From the human T2T-CHM13v2.0 reference genome, Homo sapiens: a stretch of 64,000 nt of DNA. A program made the translations under genes and the position numbers. Location: assembly GCF_009914755.1 (NCBI RefSeq), contig NC_060933.1; one strand, written 5' to 3'. The notes below the pieces were generated by a model, which did no database searches, was not told the DNA's origin, and saw only the letters and a program-made list of their open reading frames with translations. This document shows, in pieces, positions 15,193 to 29,809 of the stretch (its first letter is position 1; every line of letters begins with the position of its first letter).

Positions 15193-15989
15193 TGTGCTGG
15201 TGTCTATAGCTTAACAGCATAAAGCACAGAACTGGCTACCTTTCATAATAGGGTAGGGCTGGTGAAGATGCTGGCTTTGCTCTTCTCATTGTTATTTATT
15301 TTTGAGGAGGCACCTTCTCAGTTTATTTCCTGTTCCCCTTCCTGCAGTCTTGCTCACCTCTATGGCCTCTGCGTTTTAGTGGGGTGAACTTTGCTATAAT
15401 TAGTGTAAGAAAATTAATCTATTGTCGTGCTCCATTATTCTTCATTTGACTGTTTTGTGGTGTTTTTTTTTTTTCTTGGTCACCTTGATAAGCATCATTT
15501 ACATTTTGTGTGGCAAAAAGGAATAGAGACCACATGGAAAAAGATTCTCTTGGGTGTATTTGCAGGAGATGGGGGCACACTCTTAACTTCAGGTGTTCAA
15601 AATGTAGCTTAAAAGCAGTGACTAGTTTGTTCAAGATATTTAAAACGTGGGGAGACTTTACCTACCAGAGATGGTCTCCTCTGCTAGTTCTACACCTTAA
15701 TGAAAGTTCTCCCTTCCTTGATGGGGGCAGGGAAACACATGGATGATTCTCCGAAGAAAAGCTTTGCTGATCTTGGTGAGCACCCAAGGGAGGGACATGT
15801 GGCCCAGGCAAAGGCTTTCTCTCTGCAGTATTAGTAAAGGGTTCAACGTGCCTGGCACAAAAAGTGAGTGCTTGTTAAGTTTTTCCACCTAATTATTACC
15901 CAAATCAATAGACATACACTTCATCTCCAAAGCTAGGACTTAACTGGATGGAACCTGGCATCCTCCTCTCTAGGAATCTCCAAAAATAA

Positions 15990-16890
15990 TTTAAAGAAAA
16001 ATACCTAAAATCTCAACAATAAAAAGATAAATCACTCAATTCGAAAGTAGGAGAAGGTTCTGAATAGACATTTCTCCAAAGACAACATCCACATGGTCAA
16101 TAAGCACATGAAAAGATGGGTGACATCATTAGTCTTTAGGGAAAATGCAAAGAAAACTCACAATAAGACACCATTTCACACCCCCTGAGATGACTACAAT
16201 AGCAAGTGTTAGCCAGGCTGCAGAAAAATTGAAACTCTGGTACTCTCCTGGTGGGAATGTGAAATGGTGCAGCTGCTTTGGAAAACCGTTTGGTAGTTCC
16301 TCAAAATGTTCAACATAGAGTTACCATGTAATTCAGTAATTCTACTGCTAGGCATGTACCCAAGAGAACTGAAATAATATGTTCCCACAAAAACTTGAAC
16401 ACAAATGTGCATGGTAGTATTACTATTAATAGCTAAAAAGTGGAAACAAGTTTATTGTCCATCAACTGATTAATGAATAAACAAAATGCGGTAATCCATA
16501 CAATGGAATATTATTCAGCAGTACAAAAGAATAAAGTACTGATTCATGCTGCAACACAGATAAACCTCTAAAACAGTGTGCTAAGTGAAAGAAGTCAGAC
16601 ACAAAAGGCCACATACCATATGATTCCATTTATATGAAATGTCCAGAATAGGCAAATCCATAGAGACAGGAAGTAGATTAATGGTTACCGGGAGATGGGG
16701 GCAGGGAAGAATGGGAATTGACTGCTACTGCGTACAGGGTTTCTTTTGGGGGTGATGAAAATGTGCTAGAACTATATACAGTGGTGGCAATTGTACAACA
16801 TTAATCATATACAAAAAAAAAACACTGAATCATTCACTTTAAAGGCTAAATATTTTGGTACCTGAATTATATCTCAAAAAAGAAAAAAAG
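15990..16890 (+). mobile_element. Old L1 (L1MB-like) 3' fragment with A-rich tail
   Basis: gaatagacatttctccaaa...taagcacatgaaaagatg...caatggaatattattcagca...ctaagtgaaagaagtcagacacaaaagg...gaattatatctcaaaaaa. Confidence 0.88.
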
Positions 16891-19125
16891 AGCATGAAAA
16901 GGAAAATAATAGCAAAACAGTGACCATCATTATGAACATAAGAAATTAATCTCGGTCATTTATTTACACATTGTAAAAACACTGGACTTTGCCATCTACC
17001 ATATTTTAACATTTGTTAAAAAGAAAATCCTCCACTTAGGTGGCAATATTCTGAAGTACTTTCTTCTGAAATGATCGGAAGAATAACGATTCCCAGTTCC
17101 TTTATTTGTTACATGATCTTGGAACTGGCTGAGTCACTAAGAAATGTGCTCCAGATGCCATGTTAATTTCACCCCCGTGGCCACTACTCGGTTGCAGTTG
17201 TAGGGTTAGTTTTTGTTTGATTTTCCCATTCAGGATGAGGGAAAAGAACCAGCCTTGCAATGGCCTCTGTTGCAGATGGGAATGGGCAAGACTGGGTAGG
17301 GAAGTGAAGGATGGATGCAAAACCTGACAATTTGCTAGCAGCCTAGGGAAACAAGGAAATGACACTTTATTTTGCCTTTCTAAAATGTCAGAATGATGGT
17401 TCACCTTTTCGTTTCATGAAAGTGAATATTTGCCATCATAGAACTGGTTCTTGGGAGATGTTTGCTTATTGACATATCGATGGGGCCCATTCTGTTGAGT
17501 TTGTCAAATGGACAAGCAGAAGCTGTTGATCTGTTTTACAGGAGAACTCCAGTGCCTCCTGCGGTGGCTAAGTCCCAGAGCACTCTTGCTTTTACATCAG
17601 TCATCCACCTATTGGGTCACTTGAAAGCTTAACCTTGAACCCATCCCCTTCACGGTGTCTCTTCAACTTCTCTATCACCATAGCTGGGGTAATGTGTTCT
17701 CCTTATGATTCAGGTTTCTCATTTGCTGGCACCTTAGTAATTTTTAAAAATTTTTTTCATTATTTTATCCCTATCCTCTTCAACACTCTGCATTGAACTC
17801 CAAGGTGAGAAGCTGCTTTAGCTGATGTGAGCTGTCGTCACCAATGTTAAAAATTCTTTCCATCGCAGTAATGGGACACAGTTGTGTGTGGGTTTTTTTT
17901 GTTTGTTTTTGGTTTTGGTTTTGTTTTCTGACCAGGGCTATCTTATGTGGAAGAATGGTGATTGGGCATGGAGTCAACTGAATTGCATAAAATGTTCCTT
18001 ATCTTTAAGCAAGAACCATTCCCACTAGAAGTCCAAGCCTTCCACTCATGGTGGCTTATAAGCAGCCTTGAGGGATAGCCATGTCTCTGTGCAATTCATG
18101 GCAGGAGGGGCGGGTGGCAGCTGTTCTTTCGTTACAGGGGAGCTGGTAGCACCAGGAAATGGCTGCCTCCAGGCGTCCACCCTGTTGCAGCTGAGCTAAT
18201 TATACCTTCCCAATGAAGGGAGAAATCGGAACACTACATTTGCATTGAAACCAGCCCAACATGGCGGGTCCAAAATTACTCTAGCATTTATGTTCTCTGA
18301 ATTGTTTTAATTAGCAGATCTGCAGTACCAGTCTTTTGTTTTTTTGTTTCTTTCCTCCACTGGCAAAACCTGACATTTAGGAAACATCTGAACCAGATTT
18401 CAGTCACATTCTGCCTGTTGGAGACCTAGGGTCTCACTCTACTTGGTCATGCCTGTGCCGCATTGAGACCATTTAAATTTTTGTAATGTGCCCCTTGGGT
18501 GGTTTGCACTGTTTGGTTTTAACATATGCTTAAAATGTATGTGATCTGTTGATGAGTGGAGGGCCCCAAACATCTGCAATCCTAGCTGTTAAATCTTGTT
18601 CTCTCTTGGGCTTCAGCTTTATGTTGGAGTGGTAAGAAACCCTGTCCTTTAATTTATCTTCCACTTAAGAAAAGAAAAGGAAGAAGAATAAGCAAAGTGA
18701 TTTATAGTAGACATTTACAGAAACAAATGAATATAACTTGGCTGAGCAAGGCCAGGGCAGAACTCTAAAGTGTTAAAGAGATGTCAGCAACAGATTCCAG
18801 GAAATCATCATTAGATGCCCACTCCCAGTTTATCAACTGGGAAGAGAAAGGAAGATGTGTGGTACCAAGACCAGCTAATATAGCAAGTGGCCAGATGAAC
18901 AGATATGAATTTTAGCACCTTTCACCTTACCCTACTCACCTTAGAGGTTTCCAAGGGTTGATGAACTGGAAAATATAGTCCTGAGCCACAGAAGGGAGAA
19001 GGTTTAGTAATTTAAGAACTGGCCAAGCATGTAAGAAATAATCAAGAGTTAACCATCATTCCTTGGTCTTTAAAAAGACTGTGTTTATTTTTAAGAAATA
19101 TTTTTATGTAATGTGAATATTTTGA

Positions 19126-19177
19126 GATAGGTAGGTGGATGGATGGATGGATAGATTGATTGACTGACTGATTGATT
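19126..19177. repeat. Short compound tetranucleotide repeat (GGAT/GATT/GACT)
   Basis: gataggtaggtggatggatggatggatagattgattgactgactgattgatt. Confidence 0.75.
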
Positions 19178-20217
19178 AATAGAAAGATAGACTCATCCCA
19201 CAGATGTTTTTACCATCTTGTTTTGTCATGTACTAACACCATTCCCTCTATGAGGAGCAGCATAAGAGGAGGTTTCAGTTCCACCTCCTCCCTGACTTCC
19301 TCTTAGCAGAATAATTGCTCACAAATATGTGATTTTTCTATACTCCATACAAAGAGGCATCACAGCATACAGTACCTTGCATCAAGGAAACTGGCTCATA
19401 TCTATGTCTCTCATTAATATGAGAGCTGATAGAAGATAAGTCTTACACATCTTTGTTTCTGCAGAAACTGGCACAGGGCATGGCGCATATGAGGTGGTCA
19501 GTACATGATTGTTGAACAGGACTCCCACCAGGACTCCCACTTTTTGTGTGTGCCTTTGTAGCCCTGCAGGTGAATAAATAAGGTACTCAGATTTGTATTT
19601 GGGTCTGGCTTTGAAGTTAGGAGTGTTGACTTCAAGAAGTAAAGCTAGGAATATAGGACCATCCCTATCTCAGACAACATTTTCGTTGCAGTGAAGAGCC
19701 CAGGGCTAAAACTTACTTCTATTGATTACCATAATAAGAAAATTTCCTCCTGTAAACTATGTCTAGAACCTTTGAAACCAGGCACAATATTCAATTTACA
19801 GGGCAAATCAGTTCCTTCCTAAAAGAGGGATGTCCTCTGTGTCATTAACTCTCATTTGCATGGATCATTTTCTTATTTTTCTCATCACTATATAATACTT
19901 AGACAATAATTCTTAGCTTTCACATGAACAATTATAGATCTTTCTGTTTCGGCTCTTTTGATTAAAGTGTACTTAAAACCATAAGAGTTTGTTTATTTTA
20001 TGAAATCATCTTCAATTAATGCTTCTTACAACACTTAGAGCACAGTTCAGAGGAACCCGTCTGCCAGGGAGAAGTCTATTAAGTTCAGACTATTTCTGTA
20101 TTAAACGGGACTTGCATAAACTGTTTCAAGGTTCTAAATTGGTTTAATTTGTATTCAGCCTCCCTAAGAACCTTTTACATATGCTTTGGAGTTGCCACAG
20201 GGTGAGCGTGAGAGTCC

Positions 20218-20760
20218 TCTCATTCATTCATTTTATCAGTACATGTTTATGAAACAACTACTATGTGCTAGATGCAATGGTAGATGCAAAAAGCATCTAG
20301 ACTTTTTAAAGAAAGGCACCTAGGCTCTACTTTGAGGAGTTCCCAGACATTTTAATACAATGTGATAAATGCTGTAATGTAGATACAAAATGGGAACCCA
20401 AAAGAGGAAGCCTCCAGCCTGCTTTGGAAACTCAGAGTAGGGTTCTCAGGGACACAACGTTTGAGCTGGTATTTAAGATATAGACCCTAAATTGTTCCAT
20501 TTGCAAGGAGGCCCTAGGCCAGGATAGAGAGGAAGACAGAAAGTAGGATATAAGGAGAGATGTCAATGTAAACATCACAGTATGTGATCCAGGAGTGGGG
20601 TCTTCTTTGCTATTCTTCTGAGGCTATCAAAATACGCTCTTGAGGCTATTATCACATTTCACAGGGGTTTTTGCCATGCCAAAGACTTTGGACTTGATCC
20701 TTTGGCAGTGTGGAGCCACTGAGAGATTCTACACTGGAAAATGACATATTAGATTGCATT
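20218..20760 (-). mobile_element. L2 LINE fragment
   Basis: cattcattca...ctactatgtgctagatgc 3' end; further in, aaagactttggacttgatcc...gagccactg...agattgcatt. Confidence 0.6.
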
Positions 20761-21494
20761 CTGATATGTCATATGGTCTATGAAATAGATCCGCCAAACA
20801 GATCCCAACATCTTCACCTCTGTACTTATTTGATTTGCCTAGAGCAGGGTCTCTCACCCATCAGCTGTCAGTGGATGTGCTTCAAAAATGTGATCTTGTA
20901 ATCATAAGGTAAGCAATCTCTTTCCTTGATGCAGAAATCCTCAGAGCCTTTAATCTATTGCTATGCCTTGTGATCTTTTAACAAAGGCTATAGAAACTTT
21001 TGGAAACCAGCATGGAGACACGTTATTCCAGTTCTTGGTCCCATCCTTCACCCAACTGGTGAAGAATGCTAGCAGTAGATGGGTAAATCCTTGTGTCCCC
21101 TTTTTTTTTGGTCTTCTGAGTCTCTTTTTCTTGAAATCACTAGCCCCTATACTTTATACGTAGAAGTGCTACATTCAGAAATTAGTTATGCTTCCAGGTG
21201 CACTGGGAATGACAGTAGGGAAAAGTGGACATTGCCCATTGGCTTGGATGGGGCAGAAGGACTCTGATGCCTCAAGGTCCTAAGAGGTCTCTCCTCCTCC
21301 AGTTTTGAAACAGTTGGGCCTCCGCTTTCTCGTGCCTGTGATATTCTATGCTTTTGCCTCACTCAGACCAGAGCCTCTTCTAAAAGTAAGCTGGCAACAA
21401 AGAGTTAGCTGGGGTACAGAGGGAAGAGCATCCAATTTGGAGCCTGAAGACAGATATTCAAGTCTCTGATTTCCTTTTCTACCCTTATGATCAT

Positions 21495-21990
21495 ATCAGT
21501 TAGGAATGTGTTTAGCCTAAGGAACCAATATGCTACTAAAGGTGGCTAAGCAGATAAGGGGTTGTTTTACTCAAGTGAAAGGAAGTTCAGAAGCGGGCAA
21601 TTTCTGATTGGTTCAGAGGCTTTCCAGTGTCAGAGCTGTGGATTGGCACTGGAGATGTACTTGGTCTTTCCCTCCTGGCTGCAAGATGGCTGCAGCAACT
21701 CCAAACATTAAAACTGCAATCCGAGGAGGAAGGCCAGGTTGCTGCACAGAGCAGATTGTTTTTTCCTGCACACCTTTTTCCATCAGGGCATAAATCTTTC
21801 CTAGAACATCCCCTCTGCAAATACTTCTTTTTGTACCTCATTGGCCAGAGGTGGGTCAAGACTAAGGGCTGAGCTCACTCGCCAGAGATCAATGACTTGT
21901 TACCAAAGACCTAGACAAAACTGCAATTCTGTTACAGAGAAAAAGGAAGCAAATGGCTTTGGGGTCATCAAAGAAAATTATCTGTCACAT
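21495..21990 (-). mobile_element. Old MLT1 (J/K/L-like) MaLR LTR, apparently within a MIR
   Basis: tcagttaggaatg...ggtggctaa...caagatggctgcagcaactcca...cattggccagag, with MIR-like text on both flanks. Confidence 0.55.
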
Positions 21991-22099
21991 TGACCTTATG
22001 CATCATGATAACATCTGTTTCTTTATTTGCAATGAGCCCCTGCCTTTAAAAGTTGAGAACTATAAATCGAAGTGATACAAAATAATTGCTTATTCTTCT

Positions 22100-23440
22100 G
22101 TGTTAATGCTTCTTTTTGCTCTGGCTGCTTTTAAGATTTTCTCTTTATTACTGGTCTTGGGCAATTTGATTATGATATGCCTTAGTATTGTTGTATTTAT
22201 ATTTATTGTGCTTGGACTCACTGGATTTCTTGGATTTGTGGGTTTATAGTTTTCATCAGTTCAGAATTTTTTGGCTATTCTTTGCTCAAATATTAATTCT
22301 GCTTTTCCCACCAACCCCCTATGGACTCCAATTTCACTTATAATAAGCCACTTGACACTGTCTCATGACTCACTGAGCTGTTTCCATGTTTTTGAATTCT
22401 GTTTTTTCTGTGTGTTTCATTTTGGATAGTTTTTGTTATTATGTCACCAAGTTCAGTAATTTTTTTTCTCCTGCAATGTCTAATTTGCCATTATTCTCAT
22501 CCAGTATAGTCTCCATTTCACACTTTGCAGTTTTCATTTCTGGAAGTTCAATATGGGCCTTTTCTTATATCTACCATGTCTCTAGTTAACTTTTTAAGCA
22601 TATGGAATATTGTCATAATAAATATTTCAATGTATTTGTAATTCTAACATCTGTATCTATCCTTAACCAGGTTCCGTTGATTGAGTTTTCTCCTTATTGT
22701 GGGTCATATTTTCTGCTCCTTTGCATGCTTGGTAGTTTTAAGTTGGAAGCCAGACATTGTGAATTTCACCTTGTTGGATGCTGGATGTTTTTGTATTCCT
22801 GTAAATATTTCTGAGCTTTGTTATGGAATGCATTTATATTGCATGGGAACAGTTTGATCCTTTTGTGTGTTACTGTTAAGATTTATTGGTCAAGACCACA
22901 GCAATGCTTACTTTAGGGCTTATTTCCCACTATTGAGGCAAGATCCTCCTGTGTACTCTGCCCAATGCCCCATGAATCCGGAGGTCCTCACCCTGCTTCA
23001 TAGGAACCAGCTTTATTTCTCACCCTGTGTGAGCACTGGGCACTGTTTTCTCAGATCTTTTGGGAAGTTTTTCCTTCGGCCATGAATAGTATCCTCACAT
23101 GCACGCACTGATCAGAACTCAGCTCGGTATTCAACGGGCATCCTCTGCAGATCTTCAGAGTTCTTTCTACGTGCAGCTCTCTCTTCTCTGGTATTCTGTC
23201 CTTTCAACGCTAGCCACTTTGATCTCCCCAGACTCTCAGCTCCATCTCCCCAACTTAGGGAGCTTGTTGGACTCTTGGGCTCCCCACTCTGTCTTTCTCA
23301 ATGAATTAAGCTCACAATGTTTGTTTCTCATCTCTCAGATCACTCACTGTCCTTCATTGCCTGTTGTCTAGTATGAAAACAATTTTTTCACATATGAAGC
23401 CATTTTTTGGTTGTTACTCCATCTTGCCTAAAAGCAGAAG
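22100..23440 (-). mobile_element. Old L1M 5'/ORF1-region fragment
   Basis: ctggctgcttttaagattttctctttat...gcaatttgattatgatatgcctt...gccagacattgtgaatttcaccttgttgg; T-rich antisense L1 text. Confidence 0.7.
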
Positions 23441-24854
23441 ATGGTTATCATTTCTCTTGATAATGAATATATCATTTTGAAAATCTACCAGTGAACTGCC
23501 TACAAGCTGCAGCATGGCAAACAAGTTCTCTCATCGCTTTAAGACAGTTACTTCCTGTGAAGGTTTTTTTCCTTTTTAATTAAATAACTTACATTTACAT
23601 AATACTTTTTCTACAATTAAAGTTTCCCTGCCTACACAGAATTATTACTTAAGTAGGAGAGTATTCTCCATCTCCAGTGAGTATTGAGCAAGAGGAAATT
23701 ATCTTAGCCTACTTGTTACCTTTGAGAGATTCCCTGGGCTAAAAAAATGAATTGGTTCAAGAAGGCTTTGAAAAAAAATGTGTAGGCAGAATATTAGTAA
23801 TGCTACCCACTTTTCACATTCTCCCACAGTCTTTGCCTATGGTTGGGGTCAAACACCTTGGATGGATGAAATGGCTGAATTAATCCAAGATAGTTTTGCA
23901 GACATAGTTCTTAACCATGCCTCTTTAATGTATAAATACCAAGTAAGATGTATTCTGTTCCCCAAGGAAAACCACACGTGTCCTGGGGAGAAGAGACGTA
24001 AATGAATCACTCTGATACTAGGCAGTGTGATACATGTTATGGAGAGCAGAGATAAACTGATTTGGGGGGAGATGTGGGATGACATCTGGAAAATTCTCTG
24101 AAAGCAACAGAATTTGAGGTGGGCCTTAAAGGATAAATAGCAGGTAGAAATGTTGTTAACCGCAAAGACTATTGCCTGTGATGGATGTTATAAATACAAT
24201 TAGATGACCTGTTAACAAGTACTTTTTGGGAGGATGTAGAAGTTCTAATTTTGAACTCCACATGCCTCACAGAATGGTAGGCACTTCCTAAGTTCTTACA
24301 GATCATGACAATTGCCTAAAAGGAGCTTCCAAGAAAGATTCTATAATATTCTTCTTGTAAGTCTTTCAAAATGAAGATGCTCTTCAAAGTAGTGGGTCTT
24401 CAGGATGAAAATTACTCCTGAGTCCAAGCATGATTTGACTTCATCTTTCAACTCTCCATATCAATCTCTTAAAATTCTGTCCTCCGGTCATTTCTACCTA
24501 GTCTATATGTCTATGTATGAGAGACTAGAAAACTCCAAGATATTGTTACATCAACGTAGCATAATACTGGATACCTACAGAGACGTGAAAAACACCAGGG
24601 TTTCTCTTTCTGCAGAGCTGCAGTGGCTTTCCCTGTTGATCATCCTATTGGTGACCATAAGAACTTAGCACAGTCATGTTGCCTGAGGGATTCTGCTTAC
24701 CAGGTACAACTAGTTTAAATTTGACTCCATGAAGAGAATTATCAAACATAAAATAGCTTGTGATATCCAACTAAGAGAAAACGTCTGAAATTCTTTTTAT
24801 GCTGATGGAGGCATGGAAGTATGATCTTACCTAGTACTATAGAACTTCCTACTG

Positions 24855-25342
<488 letters not shown>

Positions 25343-28064
25343 AGTGTAGAGCTATTATATAGGCACTGCTCAGGTAGACTTACAGAAAGTAGACAAGGAT
25401 ATAACACGGTCTCCTCTATGCTGAGATTCAAATGGTAACTTTACAAAAGGTCTTAGTTATCAAGCTTCTAAAGGAGAATAGTTGCTGTGAAAAATTCTCT
25501 CAACCATGACCCTTGACTTTCCTGAGAGAGATGGTATTACCATAATTAATGGATTTTTAGGACTTCTGATGGGAAAGACCCTCTGAATTTTAATCACTAG
25601 TGCACAGTCATATCCTACTCTCTTGAACACCAGAGCTTAGGTTCATTGAACCATGACATTTCCGAATGAACCCAAGAACTATTTCTTACGGTATCAGTTA
25701 GTAAACGAAGTGCTATTTGAGGCTCTCTTCTCTCATCCTGGGAGGTGAGCTTGACTCATTCTCTAGGTAATGTTGTCAAAGACATCATGAGGATCACAAG
25801 AGAGACAGAGCAAGCAGCAGGTGGAAAGTGATGCACCATGTTCCTGGACATGCCAACACAGAGCACACCACCGCCCCTGCCCCGCAACCCCTCTCCACAA
25901 GGAGCTGGGGCTCCCAGGCTGGTGGTCTAGGCAGACCCCTGCTGGCCTTCTCTGTCACTGCATGGTTGTGTATCTGTGTGGGTGATGACTGGTGGAGGCC
26001 CTACGCAGGAAATGCAAGAAAAGGCTTGTGGAGAGTCAAACAGCTTGTCAAGGTATCCTTGTGGGTGTCTGTATTGAAGTGTCACAGTATGAAGGCATTT
26101 TATTAGCAGCTATTTTAGAATCCGAACACTGAAATGGAACAGTTTCTTCCCTACATGGCATTTCCAGGCTGGCTTCCTCCCTCACAGCCTTACGACAGCA
26201 CCAGCCTTCTCATAAGGGGGTGGAGAACATGACGCTGGGCTCCTTTGACGGCGGAGCCCAGCTATGTGGCCCACGCCCTCAGCCCTGGAGATAATTTGGT
26301 TCATTCACATGTTGGTGATGACAGAGATACTGCAGCGGAAGCTGGGGAGGATTTGAGGCTCATGCCTCGCCTTTGTGTGCAGCACAGAAATCTTCCTGGG
26401 TTTTGGAAAGGTATGGAGAGATTGATGCCCGGGGTTAAGGGCGTGGAGGGAACATCCACTCAAAGGAGAAATTGCAGGGTGAGTGATGTCCAACCTCAGT
26501 ATGGCTTTTTTCTGCAGCTACCATGGGGGCTTAAGTTCTTCCCAGCTGTCTTAGGGCAAGTAGTGAATTTCTTTCTGGAAAACTCATTAGACTTCATTGT
26601 AGGAACAACGACCTTAGAAGACTCCTGTTAATGTCTTAGAGGGCTGATGTGGGGTCTTGTAAGGAAGACTGACATACCTGGCCTCCTTTTATGTCTCAGC
26701 TTGGCATGTAACCCTCTCAGCCATCTTCCAATTTACTGATGAGAAAAATAATATTCAGGGATGTGAAGTCACTTTCCTGAAGTGCCCTCCCTTATGCCTC
26801 TGGCAGACTGGCATCTGAGCTCCTGTTCTCAAACAAAAACTCCATGCTCTTCCCACTCTGAAAGCTTCTCTGTGCCCTCAGCACACCCCTGGCTCCTCTA
26901 GTCTTCTCCCTGAGAGGTGGGCAAGGGTCGCCTGGTGTATTCTCAGAGCTCTGCCCTTTGTAATCATAAAAGATCCATCTAGGACAGTGGCCCACTGTGC
27001 AGAGCAAAGTTCTAAAGCTGTGTTGGTTGCAAGAAGAAAAGGGATACTCCAAATTTCAGAACCATGGCTTTTTAGATTGGGAAGGGGCTTCAGAAGTAGT
27101 CAGTCTGTCCCTTTATTTTAAGGAGGGAATCTGGGTTTTTTGTCCAGCCTACCAGCTCTCCAGCTTTGGGTCATTCCTGAACCTGACTAATATGCCAAGG
27201 AACATAGGCAGGCAGACAGCAGACTTGGATTTATTCTCACTTTCAATATGTGTACAGTGTGTGGCTTTGAATAACTCATTTAACTTCTCAGAACCTTACT
27301 TCTCATCTTAGTAAAATGGTAAAGAAGTCGGCTCTGTCTGCTATGAGTGCTGTCATGATGCCACCATGAAAATTGTGAAGTATACATATTATTAAGTATT
27401 ATTTATTCTGTTTTTGCCATTGGGGAATGGGGACAGAGCAGAGTCCTGTGGCATATACTGTGCTACACCTAGCATATTTGCAAGGATGCTCTATTGAGTA
27501 ACCACATCCTTGAATCCAAAGATGGGTTCCAAAGATTGTGAATGCTGTCTTGGGTCTTTTTGGCATGGGCCCAAGATGTTGCTGTGGGGGCATATATGAT
27601 ACATTGACGTCACATTTTCGTTTTCTTCATGTCTCCTGAATTAATAAAACACTTCCTACAAGTGCAGCCACACTTCATGCATTGTTGGTCCACCCTCCCA
27701 GGCTAGAATGGTGTTTATGAGGTCTTTAGGAAGGTCAAAAGACTTCCCCAGATTCCTAACTGGCTGCTGTCCTGTACTCTGTTTTTTCCGTGCTATCCCT
27801 AAAGGCAACTGTAGCCACCACCACTAAAAGCATATTTTAATACTCCATGTCATGTGCTTCCTTTGTGTCTTTGGAGTTGGTCCAGAACGATCACTCGCTT
27901 ACCTTTTGTCAGCCATTCTGAGTCATATGTATTTGCCTGAGCATGAAACACTTGTGTTAAAGGAAAAGTTTTGTGGCGTAAGCCACACACATTGCAGGAA
28001 AAGCTCAATTTGCATAGCTCAGGATAGGGCTCTGACCTTTAGCAGTCTGGGGAAGCCTGCCCAC

Positions 28065-28478
28065 TCCTGCACCAAATAATGTTCTGCATGCAAAAAAATA
28101 AAATATACAGCATTACAAAAGAACAGCGTTGCATTCAGCATAGTTATAAAATGTTAAAAGGGTGACATAATAACACGTGTTTTTGTTAAAACATTAAATA
28201 ATGAGATCTTTTGGCGGTCTAATAGCTATTAAAATTTCAAAGTGATGATCATAAATGATGTTTTGAGATAATCTATAACAATAATAATGTGGCATGAAAA
28301 TATCTGATTTCTATGGGTGACAACTTCACAGATTCTGCCAATCCTAAGAGATGCTAAATTTTTGTTAAAAGTTCATGAAAATGAGATGCAATTCAAGTTG
28401 ACAGAACCCTGTGAATTCTATCCATGGATCCCTTTAGGATCTGTGCATTACAGGTAAAGAACACTTCCTTTACAGCAT
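28065..28478. mobile_element. MER119-like hAT-Charlie fragment
   Basis: acattaaataatgagatct...ggtctaata...ttttgagata...atgaaaatatctgatttctatgggtgacaa...gaattctatccatgga is collinear with the recalled MER119 consensus. Confidence 0.65.
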
Positions 28479-28592
28479 TGTAAACCAGTGCACGAATGCT
28501 CATTAGACATGTATAATACAATAAAGTTCTGCTGGCTAAGAGCACTCTAGAACATTGGAAGCAGGGAGATGAGGGTAGGAGAATTGCATAAA

Positions 28593-29135
28593 CAGCATAG
28601 TCTCTGGAGCCAGATTTTCTGGGTTCAAATTCCAGCTCCACCTCTTACTATTTTTGTGATCTTGAACAAGTGACTTAACCTCTCAACACTATTTCTTCAA
28701 CTTTTAAATGGCAATAATAGGGCCGGGCATGGTGGTTCATGCCTGTAATTCCAAGGAGGGGAATTTGGAAGGCCAAGGTGGGTGGATCACCTGAGGTCAG
28801 GAGTTCGAGACCAGCCTGGTCAACATGGCAAAACCCCTTCTCTGCTAAAAATACAAAAACTAGCCAGGTGTGGTGGTGGGTGCCTGTAATCCCAGCTACT
28901 TGGGAGGCTGAGGCATGAGGAGGTTGCAGTGAACTGAGATCACACCACTGCACTCCAGCCTGGGGGACAGAGTGCAAAAAATAAAAAAATAAAAAATAAA
29001 TAAAAATAATAAAAAATAAAAAATGGCAATAATAATAATAATACCTTCTTAAAGAGATGTGGTAAGGATTAAGTGCACCTTAAATAGTGCCTACCTCATA
29101 GCAGGCACTTTATATGTCAGCTGTCATTATTGTAA
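28593..29135 (+). mobile_element. MIR split by an Alu insertion
   Basis: tctggagccagattttctgggttcaaattccagctccacc...tgtgatcttgaacaagtgacttaacctctc before the Alu; taaggattaagtg...tagtgcct after it. Confidence 0.75.
28721..29020 (+). mobile_element. Alu (S-type) with small internal rearrangements
   Basis: Begins ggccgggcatggtgg and has an A-rich tail. TSD AAATGGCAATAATA at 28706-28719 and 29021-29034. Confidence 0.93.
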
Positions 29136-29809
29136 CTATCTGTGCATACAGAAAGAGAATATCTCAGAAATAAAGAGCATCAGGGTGAGTCAGTGCTGGG
29201 CAGGGCAGTGTTAAGAGGGCATGCACGCACTGGTGTTTGGTTAGCTGTGAATTCAGCCCACATTACTCCACCTCTCAAGGATATTGCAAGGAACTTTACC
29301 CAAGAGCCTTGCTGAAATCAATATACTTCATGTCCAAGGCAATCCCCCATCCTATCCAGCAACTTCACTTACTTCTGGATGATCATTTGGTATGATTTCA
29401 TCTTAAAGAACCCATACTTGCTTCTGGTCATCACTGCATTTTCTAAGTGCTTTCAAACAATGCTTAAATAGTTTATGTTAAAATCTAGCCTGGAACAAAG
29501 GTCAAGTTTAGTGATCAGTTGTTTCTGGAATCCTACTTTTTCCCTCTTGGAAATTATGTCAGTCTTTGCTCATCCCCTTCAGCATCTCCACTTTTACTTT
29601 TTTCTTGTTCCTTCTGTCTGAGTGAGTGCCACACTTACATTGTCAAAAGGAGCAGGCTGGGACAGTGTTTAGCTATGCTTGAAGACATAGATTCATTTAA
29701 AACAGTTTCCATTTAAAGAGCAATTTAACCATATTTGTTACATCACTTCTAGAATTCAGGTCATTCTTCTTGATGGAACAGAAAGAATCAAAATAGGAAT
29801 TATGTAGCT

